From NCBI GenBank assembly GCA_965219915.1, contig OZ244794.1, positions 2,833,118-2,897,117 of the forward strand: a stretch of 64,000 nucleotides of DNA, written 5' to 3'. Position 1 is the stretch's first letter. Every line of letters begins with the position of its first letter. The notes beneath the pieces are model-generated. The model did not search any database. It had not been told where the DNA came from and saw only the letters and a program-made list of their open reading frames with translations. Origin of the DNA: Rhodothermales bacterium. GTDB lineage: Bacteria > Bacteroidota > Rhodothermia > Rhodothermales > Bin80. The translations under genes and the position numbers were made by a program. This document shows, in pieces, positions 29,901 to 37,908 of this stretch.

Positions 29901-30706
29901 AAGTTGATTTGATAGATCCAGAGATCCACAACCGGGCAATAATTGATTTGGCGAAGATCCTCATTGAGTTTACCTACGATGAAATTGAGCGTGCTAGGCG
30001 GCGGGCTATACAGGAATCGATTCTCCTTGCGAGGCAATCTAAGTCTGATTCTGACGTGCGCAGGCGGCTACTAGACTATCTCCAAGAGGAAATCGGTTAC
30101 GAAAAAATTGATGAGCTTCTACAGCGCGAACAGGTTGACCTCCATGAATGGATCAACCTCATCGACAAAATTCAAAATCCAATTGAAGCTGGAGAACTTC
30201 GAGGCCTGTGCATCCGTGCCCTTGAGTCCTCAGCTGATCATCCCGGGTTGTTATTTGTTCGTGGAGTAGCTGAGACGATGACTGCAGATTACTATTGGAA
30301 TGTGGCCTCCATGGAGATATCTCGGGCAATAAAGGTCGGAATCGAAAAATATGATGTCACAACTGAACACATTGCGAATGTGATTCAAAGATTATTCAAC
30401 CTGATTCGAGATGATTCTTCCGTAACAAAGGACAAACTATACCAGATTGAGACCAGTCTCACGATGGCCCTTCTTGATGTAGCCGAGAATAGAGACGATT
30501 CTACGGTCAACTTTGCAGAAAAAATCGCACACGAACAAGGTGCCCAAAGCGATATTCCAGAGGTAAAAGCGATCCTCCTTTGTTATCGCCTTGGACAAGT
30601 CATTGAGCAGCTTGAAGATATCTGGAATTCAACAAGTCAAGACCTTGAAAATATTTCACTAACATGGGACTCACGACGCAGTAAACCTAATCTAACCCTA
30701 CCATGA
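26951..30706 (+). CDS. large fusion protein: unknown N-terminal domain + DUF559/Vsr-like restriction-endonuclease-fold domain + RecQ-family SF2 helicase core + about 400-aa helical C-terminal region
   Basis: The 1251-aa ORF has a nuclease-like core RRIDFLFSHPCTPPIAIEIDGSQHDDEPHIDERRDQLLQSVGIEIIRV (DNA about 27605-27760). The RecQ motifs are REGQ, LPTGGGKSIIYQ (Walker A), VIDEAHCVSEWGHDFRPAY (DEAH), LALTGTAS and YYQEAGRAGRD (DNA about 28370-29470). I see no RQC zinc or HRDC signature. Confidence 0.8.
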   Translation: MGEEKRGIDNWPHNSSLPIEWTEFGDREFYFAEYSTVGAIPSILIDTLSSGTTDKDLEDCFRKVFSQTAFLIKRNRDALKCKEARFAAVILEKILIRGNTSLPTLGFERQALRVHELSGLMRELDDDDPEIGWESDEVVDLKSIVQLAIDRDDFVLDPAFEFHANRPDCVLGSEAEAKFLNDWVPRELGGSAGQWFIPQVRFGPLLESRGRMSSSGDSRRIDFLFSHPCTPPIAIEIDGSQHDDEPHIDERRDQLLQSVGIEIIRVSTRELEAESGPSLDKIHQRLHGLFTKTKSLEANQQVASLAKSCTTAAKVQYAIVGALWRGWLRPGKHWEIVINNATQPLEAGILDLLEMLEAIEVIYGIQVSPSSCSIRLLFDGRVINLPDIPPNHDNAETVGEENDFFSVSIEVNRGPFHKICSNSDFDYVIRSAYLPVDLISSPKPTLDGSYSADALNDQSGSRTHLALRLFLRHVFRKREFREGQLQGLVNALRKIDTIILLPTGGGKSIIYQLAGLLMPGITLVVDPLIALMEDQVEGLQSYGIDRAIAIFSTNKEDQDRKFRLIEKGHYHYVLISPERLQTKPFRSSLHSLAEDNPINLAVIDEAHCVSEWGHDFRPAYLSLANSLRNLSSFDGDSGPPLLALTGTASRAVLRDMINDLEIDKNRSNSLIRPDSFDRPEIKFKVIRTSPGLSDARLKRELQRQPLDFGIPLADFYKPRRRNTNSGIIFVPTLWEVDKILELVVGLIPTEVTYYSGGSPRSFLGSRSDWDMCKRENARSFKQNQSPILVATKAYGMGIDKPNIRYTIHYGIPSSLEQYYQEAGRAGRDRKEAVSILILGEINRERSDRLLDPDLDIENLRKRHNEIARSFDARDDITRALYFHLEGFKGITAELEDIKKLVAAIIPRVPFIPISIPFSDKNKARKEKSIYRLYKLGFIKDYTVDWGKKEFLVTTNRFDFQKFQGKFLDYVRNIAPGKLRSTRRKVDLIDPEIHNRAIIDLAKILIEFTYDEIERARRRAIQESILLARQSKSDSDVRRRLLDYLQEEIGYEKIDELLQREQVDLHEWINLIDKIQNPIEAGELRGLCIRALESSADHPGLLFVRGVAETMTADYYWNVASMEISRAIKVGIEKYDVTTEHIANVIQRLFNLIRDDSSVTKDKLYQIETSLTMALLDVAENRDDSTVNFAEKIAHEQGAQSDIPEVKAILLCYRLGQVIEQLEDIWNSTSQDLENISLTWDSRRSKPNLTLP

Positions 30707-31398
30707 TAAAGGAAACATCAACCAACAATCAGGCTCTATTGAAAAAGATCGCTCAGCGACTGCAGCAAACTGAAGACCGTGCTGCTAGTCTTGTCAATAG
30801 GCTTGAGAGTCATCAAAAGATTCAGGACTCAATTGACAATGCGAACAAAGAGCTCCACGAGACCTGTTCGGCTGTTACAAATCTTTCTCTGGATGTAAAG
30901 AGTGCCGTTGAAGAGTTTGTAGATGCTGTGTTTGCACTTAAAGAAATAACTGCAATGCTCCAGGAGACTGATTCAGCAGCCATCCATGAAAAGCTTGATC
31001 TGATCCGCCAAGAGAACAAAAGTATTGGCGACGTGCAAGAATTGATTCGAAAAAATATTGATGCCGCCACCAACCGGATTATTGAACAGCAAAAGATTGA
31101 TGCAGCGACCCACAATGAAAGGCTTGACATGATCCCTCAGAGCATCAAACGGATCGGAGACGGGCAAGAGTTGATTCACAAAAATATTGATGCCGCGACT
31201 GATCGTGCTATTGAACAACAAAAGATTGATTCAGCGGTCCGCAATGAAAAACTTGAATTGATGGGCCAGAACATCAAACGGGTCGGTAACGGGCAAGAGT
31301 TGATTCACAAAAACATTGAAACCGCTACTGAAAAGGTTGTTGCGAGCCTCAAACCACGTACCCTGTGGGAAGGAGTTTTTGGGCGACGGAAGGATTGA
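30703..31398 (+). CDS. coiled-coil protein with 43-aa tandem repeats (unknown function)
   Basis: The 231-aa ORF has a start that overlaps the upstream stop (ATGA). The sequence is rich in heptad-like E/K/Q/I. It contains the repeats GDVQELIRKNIDAATNRIIEQQKIDAATHNERLDMIPQSIKRI / GDGQELIHKNIDAATDRAIEQQKIDSAVRNEKLELMGQNIKRV / GNGQELIHKNIETATEKVV. Confidence 0.7.
   Translation: MIKETSTNNQALLKKIAQRLQQTEDRAASLVNRLESHQKIQDSIDNANKELHETCSAVTNLSLDVKSAVEEFVDAVFALKEITAMLQETDSAAIHEKLDLIRQENKSIGDVQELIRKNIDAATNRIIEQQKIDAATHNERLDMIPQSIKRIGDGQELIHKNIDAATDRAIEQQKIDSAVRNEKLELMGQNIKRVGNGQELIHKNIETATEKVVASLKPRTLWEGVFGRRKD
31027..31340 (+). repeat. about 2.4 copies of a 129-bp in-frame tandem repeat
   Basis: Unit starts are at 31027 (ggcgacgtgcaagaattgattcg), 31156 (ggagacgggcaagagttgattca) and 31285 (ggtaacgggcaagagttgattca). 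Copies 2 and 3 are nearly identical over the first 30 nt or so. Confidence 0.85.
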
Positions 31399-31925
31399 TC
31401 GTGGATTCGTCGTCCTTGTGCAGCTAAAAGTCCAATGTAATTTGGGGCATCCGTATATCCTTGGGTTATATCGAAGCAACATTCAAAATGATATAACCAA
31501 AATCGTTTTAATGGATCAGCGTACGCCGAAAAAGCTTACATGTCCGCTAAGTACAGAGGAGCCGCAGCAGTCAAGCCATGCGAAGCATGCATAGGAGGAG
31601 ATACAGAATTATCAAGGTATCCGATTGAGTCCACTAGATGAACACAACTGGTCATGCGCTATGCTTAGATCTGCGCAGGTATGTCCGAGGAAGACTTGGT
31701 TCGTAACTACTTCAACTACCACGTCAGGAACTGCCATTCCGAATTGGATACCCCGTGATGGCTCACTAGGTGCCTGCAGCAACATGTGCGCACGGACCCA
31801 TACGGCCATGCAGCGCTGCTACTTCAACTACAATATCAGACAACTATACCGCAGGCGGGCGTGACTGCGGAACACCCATAGTTTGATCCCACACACCGAT
31901 TTAGCAAGAGCGGCGAGGAAACGAG

Positions 31926-32786
31926 TCAATTCAATTCCTGCCGAACCACTTCCACATGGGTGGAAAGCTTGGAGTTTAAGGCGCCATTGAATACGCCACG
32001 TACTGGAGGGACATCGCCATAATCCCTCCCAATTGCGACCCGGATATGACGCTCATCGCAATCATCATCATTGACGGGATCCACACCAAACCATCCTGCG
32101 TCCGGCAGCCAGCACTCAACCCACGCGTGACTCTCATTGCGTCCGACAGCATTGCTGTCGGATCCAAGGTATCCAGATACGTAGCGTGAGGGAATGCCCC
32201 AACTCCGCAATATTGAAATCATCACATGAGTATAGTCCTGGCACACGCCCCGACCACTTTCAAGTATATGATCTATCGGCGACTGCGCTGAGGTGCTCCC
32301 AGGCGCATAGACGAAGGCTGCACGCAGCGCAGCTTTCAGGCCTCGGATGCTGTTCAAGGGAGTGCTGCCTTTCTCTATCCCGAATTTATTCATAAAACGC
32401 CTCAGCATAGCGGACGAGGGTCGTGCGAAGTGACTGGGCTGGAGCATCATCCACTGTTGTGGGGTACATATGGCAGTTTCAAGCGTAGCCCAGCTTAGGG
32501 CGCCTAGAGATTCGGCCAGCGGAGGTTGGCTAACAACGTCAACCTCGGAGACCGCGCGGATATTGAGTTCTTGATGTGGACTGGGCCGGTCAAAAAAGTG
32601 CCCCCGGTTACCATAAGAGCCGGTAAAAGAGAAGATAGCTCCCCCGGGATCAGTACCGAGCGAAAAGCTGCGAACCAATTGGTTGAGATTACGGGCAGGT
32701 GCAAGAAAAAGCGTGATCACCGACCTGGTCGCTGCACTCTCGTACGTGAATTTCAACTCGTGGCGTATTGTATAACGGGCAGTCAT
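31926..32786 (-). CDS. transglutaminase-family protein (Bact_transglu_N + transglutaminase core)
   Basis: The start is taken at the internal ATG (MTARYTIRHELKFTYE), which overlaps the upstream stop (ATGA). The catalytic Cys context is GRGVCQDYTHVMISILRSWGIPSRYVSGY, and HAWVECW follows. Confidence 0.85.
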   Translation of the reverse strand: MTARYTIRHELKFTYESAATRSVITLFLAPARNLNQLVRSFSLGTDPGGAIFSFTGSYGNRGHFFDRPSPHQELNIRAVSEVDVVSQPPLAESLGALSWATLETAICTPQQWMMLQPSHFARPSSAMLRRFMNKFGIEKGSTPLNSIRGLKAALRAAFVYAPGSTSAQSPIDHILESGRGVCQDYTHVMISILRSWGIPSRYVSGYLGSDSNAVGRNESHAWVECWLPDAGWFGVDPVNDDDCDERHIRVAIGRDYGDVPPVRGVFNGALNSKLSTHVEVVRQELN

Positions 32787-33751
32787 GACGGTAGTCCCCG
32801 CTCCAAGGGATAATCCACGTATTCGGCGATGATGATGTTGTGCAGCACACGGCATTCCTGAGCAAACTCTGACAAGAAATCCCCTGTTTCCGCATCCTTG
32901 GTGGGTGCCAGCAGGTCGGTCTCGATTGCGGCGGCTAAGTGCAATGCGTGGCGGTGCGGCGCTCTTAGCGGATACCGCCCACCTGCCGGATCTATACCCG
33001 ACAGCAATGTCTGAACGCGCCGGATCGCGAAACTGAGGGAATATGGAATCTCAGGATTGGATAGCAGGAATGCCCGTGCATGTATAGGCTGAATCACCAT
33101 TGAGTACATTCGGCAGTATGCCTCGTAAGCAGCACACACGCCTAGTAGCCCTGTCCACATTTGAAAACTTCCATCTGAGAGACGAGACCATGCCTGCAAC
33201 AGGGCTGTCTGACTCTGCAGCCGTTCGACAAAACGGCCCAAAACAAGGAACCGCCACGCATCATCTCTAGACATCCTGGCTTCAATGACGCCGGACAAAA
33301 GCCGAAGTCGGTCTATGACCCCTGCCGGCAAACTGTTGGGCCCCCGAGCCCAATACTCTGCAAAGTCGCAATCCCGAAGCCAGAAAAAGCCGTCATTGAG
33401 ACATGTCCAAACCCGGACCGGCAGCCAAGGACGAAGTTGCTTGGCATTATCGCGTGCATTGATCCAACTCTGGATGATAGCATTCGGGTTTGCAGGGTCC
33501 TCAATCAGGTAAGCAGCAAGCGCAAAGGCATCGGCAACCAAAAAGGCCTCAGCATCGTCGGCAACTGTGATAGATACGGGAGGCGGTTGTCCGAGCGCTG
33601 CGTACAAGGCCTGCCAGCCGTGTGCCAGCACGTCAGCCGGCGTATCAACTAAGCGTGCAAGATGATAGTCTAGCAGGCGCGCCGTGTGCTCAGCACGCTC
33701 GAAATATCGACCCATCCAGTAAAAATCCGCAGCGGCTCTAGCCAGCATCAT
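32783..33751 (-). CDS. alpha-E domain protein (DUF403)
   Basis: The 322-aa ORF begins MMLARAAADFYWMGRYFERAEHTARLLD, which is the canonical alpha-E start. It has 4-bp overlaps with both neighbours. Confidence 0.85.
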   Translation of the reverse strand: MMLARAAADFYWMGRYFERAEHTARLLDYHLARLVDTPADVLAHGWQALYAALGQPPPVSITVADDAEAFLVADAFALAAYLIEDPANPNAIIQSWINARDNAKQLRPWLPVRVWTCLNDGFFWLRDCDFAEYWARGPNSLPAGVIDRLRLLSGVIEARMSRDDAWRFLVLGRFVERLQSQTALLQAWSRLSDGSFQMWTGLLGVCAAYEAYCRMYSMVIQPIHARAFLLSNPEIPYSLSFAIRRVQTLLSGIDPAGGRYPLRAPHRHALHLAAAIETDLLAPTKDAETGDFLSEFAQECRVLHNIIIAEYVDYPLERGLPS

Positions 33752-35322
33752 TCATTCCTTTTCTCCTCGTTAATCACCCACAAGTCCTTGCAGCCTCCGC
33801 CCTGACTCGAGTTAACAACTAGGCTTCCACGGCGAAGAGCAACGCGGCAGAGCCCCCCAGGTGCTATCCAGGTATCTTCTTTTCCTTGTAGCACAAAGGG
33901 ACGGACATCCACATGACGCGGCTCCAGCTTTCCGTCGGTAAAACACGCTGCACGGGAAAGTGCGAGCGTCGGCTGAGAAATGAAATTCGCAGGGTTGGCT
34001 CGCAGAGTTTCGGCAAAATCCCCTATCTCCTTTGCCGATGCATGCGGTCCGACCAACATCCCGTATCCCCCGGATCCCCCGACCTCCTTCACAACTAGTT
34101 TGTCAAGATTTTCTAATGTATAAGTTAACCCCTCAGTGGTCCTGCAGAGGTAGGTCTCTACATTGGCAAGAATTGGCTCTTCGGAAAGAAAATACCTAAT
34201 GAGGTCGGGTACATAGGCATAAAGCGCCTTATCATCAGCTACCCCCGTACCAGGAGCATTGGCAATTACAACGTTGCCCGCCCTGTATGCATGGAATAGG
34301 CCCGGTACTCCTAAAAGAGAATCACTACGAAAAGTTACCGGATCCAGAAAGTCATCGTCCACGCGTCGGTAAATCACATCAATTCTCTTAAGCCCCGTGA
34401 CGGTTCGCATGAATACCAATCCGTCATGTACAACCAAGTCGCGTCCTTCAACGAGCTCGGCGCCCATCTCACCCGCGAGAAAGGCATGTTCGTAGTATGC
34501 TGAGTTGTACCGGCCGGGAGTCAGTACTGCTACCCGCGGTGTCTGTGTCCAAGTCACGAGCGAGGCTAGTTGGGAGTAAAGTTGCTCTGGATATGGAAGG
34601 ACCTCCCGCACATTATGTGCCCGATACAATCGTGGCATTGCCTGCTTTATCGCAGCACGGCAGGCGAGCATGTACGAGACTCCAGAAGGCACACGGAGAT
34701 TGTCCTCGAGGACGGCAAATCCATCGTAGGTACGGACTATATCGGTGCCGCAAACGGACACATAAGCATCATGAGGGACCTTTGTGCCCAGCATCTCCAT
34801 GCGATACTGAGGACATCCTAAGACGAGATCATGAGGTACGATACCGTCGCGCAACGACCACCCTTCATGGTAGATATCTTTCAGGAACAGGTTGAGTGCG
34901 TGCAAGCGCTGTCGAAGCCCCTGATCAATATGGTCCCATTCAGAAGCAGTTATAACCCGCGGCACACAGTCAATAGGGATAATCTGTTCGGCAGCTTCTT
35001 TTTTGCCGATGACGGTGAAGGTGATCCCCTCGTGAAGGAATCGTCGCCGAACACCATCCTGAAGCTGGATCAGCTGCTCGGACGTGGCGTTGTTTAGTGC
35101 CGTGCCTAATTGCTCCGTTGCCGTCCGCAACGTCCCATTACTGCGAAACATTTCGTCACGAAAACGGCTGTCTATCTCGTAGTGGGTAAAGGCTCCTGTG
35201 CCGGCAACAGCGGGACTGGCCACGCTTGGCCTTGCGCGATCAAAAGACAGGTGCGCCGTGGGGCCCAAATTACCCTGGCTCGGCACGGGTGTCGTCACTG
35301 ATGTATCTGCTTTCGACACCAT
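33748..35322 (-). CDS. circularly permuted type-2 ATP-grasp protein
   Basis: The 524-aa ORF is the first gene of the conserved ATP-grasp/alpha-E/transglutaminase triad. Conserved blocks include GITFTV, IPIDCVPRVI and VVKEVGGSGGYGMLVGP. Confidence 0.8.
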   Translation of the reverse strand: MVSKADTSVTTPVPSQGNLGPTAHLSFDRARPSVASPAVAGTGAFTHYEIDSRFRDEMFRSNGTLRTATEQLGTALNNATSEQLIQLQDGVRRRFLHEGITFTVIGKKEAAEQIIPIDCVPRVITASEWDHIDQGLRQRLHALNLFLKDIYHEGWSLRDGIVPHDLVLGCPQYRMEMLGTKVPHDAYVSVCGTDIVRTYDGFAVLEDNLRVPSGVSYMLACRAAIKQAMPRLYRAHNVREVLPYPEQLYSQLASLVTWTQTPRVAVLTPGRYNSAYYEHAFLAGEMGAELVEGRDLVVHDGLVFMRTVTGLKRIDVIYRRVDDDFLDPVTFRSDSLLGVPGLFHAYRAGNVVIANAPGTGVADDKALYAYVPDLIRYFLSEEPILANVETYLCRTTEGLTYTLENLDKLVVKEVGGSGGYGMLVGPHASAKEIGDFAETLRANPANFISQPTLALSRAACFTDGKLEPRHVDVRPFVLQGKEDTWIAPGGLCRVALRRGSLVVNSSQGGGCKDLWVINEEKRNE

Positions 35323-35665
35323 CTCACGCTATGCAAGAGTTACGTTTAATTGTTCCGGAGTGATTGGACTTGGGTTCCCTTAATTTAGCGATTTCGATGC
35401 GACCATTGCTGAATCCTTCTGGTTCAGTTAAGGGTAGCGCAAGATGTTATACGAGGATTGAGATAGCCCTTGATGTTATCTTAGCCCACAGACAGAACGG
35501 ATCCGCGAGAATCTTTGATATTGGACGGTCTATTGGATACACTGAACTCGTTTCAAGTGTTGAACGCTTTTGACAGTGGATCATGTAACAATCGAAAGGC
35601 CGGGCTATTGTGTATCCTAGACCACCGGGAACCGTACCAAGGCCTTAGACGCATAAGAGTGTGAA

Positions 35666-37432
35666 ATGCAGACACGACATAATTCAGACCTCGACCAGCA
35701 CACGTCGCACCTCCCACGGTGGGCCCAGACGCTTGCAAGGAAGTATTTCACCAAAACACTATCCCAGTTTGTTCTTCACGGCAATGTCCGGGACCTCGTT
35801 CGATACGAGAAACCTGGTTCAGATCAGATAACCTATATAGGTCTAACGCACTTCTTGGCGAAGGAATTATTTGCCGCGAGAGATATCGTGGTGTTCTACG
35901 ACCGCGCAGCAGGGATTCATTTCTTGGATCACCAAGAGGCACAAAAGGATTTTAACCGCGCCTTGACCGGATACGACAGTGCATTTGGGACTGAGTACGC
36001 CGGTAAACGCCCGCGAGCTCCTTCTCAGGTACTTCCCCTTTTGGATAATTACTTCCGCCTGCGCTTGCGCTCAGGAAAAAGGATTGCCTGCATCATTGAC
36101 TATGCAGAAACGATCATCCCCATGGCTGAGGCGTCAATGTACTCGGCCGAGGATCGCAGCGCCTTGATCAGTCTACAGCGCTGGGCTCATGATCCACTGT
36201 TCCTGCGGCACGATTTTACTGTTTGCCTGATTGCAGAAAATCTGAATGACCTCAACCAGCAGCATGTGCAAAGCCCCTGGACCGCCGAAATAGATATCCC
36301 ACTGCCATACGAGGAAGATCGCCTCGCCTTTACCCAGTGGTCAATCAAGGGTCGTGAAACGCTCTTTGACCAACATTCTGATCTTAGTTGTGAAGTATTG
36401 GCACAGCAAACTCCCGGTCTTGGATACACGCAGTTACGCACCATGCTGGCGGATACGCTGGAAAACAAAACGCATCTCAGCTTCAATCATATGTCAACGC
36501 TCAAGAAATCCCTGATTGAGGAGGCGGCATTTGGGATGCTGGAATTTGTGGAATCTGACAATGGGCTAGATGACGTCGCCGGACATTCGGAGGCCAAAAC
36601 TCACTTGCGTTCCGCAGCCCATGCATTGCGTCACGGAATACACGATGTGATGCCTATGGGGTATCTGGTCAGCGGACCGGTCGGCACCGGAAAAACATTT
36701 CTGATCACATGTTTTGCCAATGAGATTGGTATCCCTATGGTCAAGCTGAAGAATTTCCGCTCTCAGTGGCAAGGACAGACCGAGGGGAACCTGGAGCGGA
36801 TATTACATCTTCTTGAGGCCATGCCACCCGTGGCGGTAATGATTGATGAAGCTGATGCTGCACTGGGCAATCGTAGCGCGGAGGGCGACTCAGGTGTATC
36901 CAAACGTGTTTTCGGTCAGATTGCATCCTTCATGAGCAAGCCGGAACACCGTGGACGGATTATTTTCTTCCTGATCACTGCACGACCGGACCTAATGCCA
37001 ATAGACCTCAAACGACAAGGTCGTGCAGAGGAGCATATTGCACTCTTTTATCCCTCTACGCCAGAGGATCGGCTCGAGCTTCTTCATGTCATGATGCGCA
37101 GAACAGGCATCAGTATCCCAGAAAAAGATATCCCTCCCGCCCTGCTGAATGGAAATACAATCTACAGTGGTGCGGATATGGAGGCACTGTTAACACGTGC
37201 AAAGTTCCATGCTGCGGCAACCAGCGGGGACCCCAGTGCAGTTACCGCGGAAATCATGGCTTCTGTTGTCGAAGATTTTGTGCCGCCCGCAAACAGTAAA
37301 GAGAAGGAATTACAGACCCTGGTGGCTATCCTGGAGAGTACAAGCAAAAAATCTCTCCCCGAGATGTACAGATCCATGGACCGCACAAAAATTGTCCGAC
37401 GTGCAAACGAGTTGAAAATGCAGGTCGTTTAA
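35666..37432 (+). CDS. AAA+ ATPase with a large N-terminal (degenerate AAA-like) domain
   Basis: The 588-aa ORF has Walker A GPVGTGKTFL (DNA 36675-36698) and Walker B VAVMIDEADAAL. A second region of homology is ITARPDLMPIDLKRQGRAEEH. The N-terminal 300 aa or so lack a P-loop. Confidence 0.8.
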   Translation: MQTRHNSDLDQHTSHLPRWAQTLARKYFTKTLSQFVLHGNVRDLVRYEKPGSDQITYIGLTHFLAKELFAARDIVVFYDRAAGIHFLDHQEAQKDFNRALTGYDSAFGTEYAGKRPRAPSQVLPLLDNYFRLRLRSGKRIACIIDYAETIIPMAEASMYSAEDRSALISLQRWAHDPLFLRHDFTVCLIAENLNDLNQQHVQSPWTAEIDIPLPYEEDRLAFTQWSIKGRETLFDQHSDLSCEVLAQQTPGLGYTQLRTMLADTLENKTHLSFNHMSTLKKSLIEEAAFGMLEFVESDNGLDDVAGHSEAKTHLRSAAHALRHGIHDVMPMGYLVSGPVGTGKTFLITCFANEIGIPMVKLKNFRSQWQGQTEGNLERILHLLEAMPPVAVMIDEADAALGNRSAEGDSGVSKRVFGQIASFMSKPEHRGRIIFFLITARPDLMPIDLKRQGRAEEHIALFYPSTPEDRLELLHVMMRRTGISIPEKDIPPALLNGNTIYSGADMEALLTRAKFHAAATSGDPSAVTAEIMASVVEDFVPPANSKEKELQTLVAILESTSKKSLPEMYRSMDRTKIVRRANELKMQVV

Positions 37433-37465
37433 CGTAGTCTGTATAAATCCCCTATTGATTTGTTG

Positions 37466-37502
37466 TGAGCCCCTTGCAATAATGATTTTTGCAAGGGGCT
37501 CA
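37466..37502 (+). terminator. strong stem-loop, probable intrinsic terminator after the AAA+ gene
   Basis: gagccccttgcaa (37467-37479) pairs perfectly with ttgcaaggggctc (37489-37501), giving a 13-14-bp stem and a 9-nt loop, 35 nt after the stop. There is no clear U-tract. Confidence 0.6.
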
Positions 37503-37908
37503 TATTATGCAAGTAATTCCCACTTTGTAATAGATAAAAAACTCGATTTCTGAAATAATACCGGAAGCGTTATTATCTTAACGAAAGTCCCTGTCCGCTG
37601 TGACGGCTGGCTGAACAAAATTCACAAAGCGAGTGCACTTTGGCCAATATCTCGGATAATAAACCACGTCTATCGGCCTCATGGAAAACCAATCCGTCGT
37701 GTAACGGGCAGATCCACAAATAAATTGAAATCAATCTAATTATGCTACTTCTTACTTGCATAGATGGTAGGGTGTCACCCGGTTTTTGGTCTTGGAATGT
37801 TCAAAAGGCACTACAATTAGTGCCTTGGTAACTCTAGCCGACGAACGTCCTCCCATACTAGGATGGGGAGCTGTTGTGAGACCTGTTTGAATCCACCTTA
37901 AACTGGTT

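Noticed and set aside
31400-31925. Small ORFs (31316-31594, 31625-31864 on plus; 31612-31809 on minus) as a possible third gene of the helicase module, and hairpins at 31464-31498 and 31849-31870 as terminators
   Set aside because: The ORFs are short, overlap each other, are compositionally odd and have no motifs. The first hairpin has a 17-nt loop, the second only a 6-bp stem, and neither has a U-tract. This is too weak to call.
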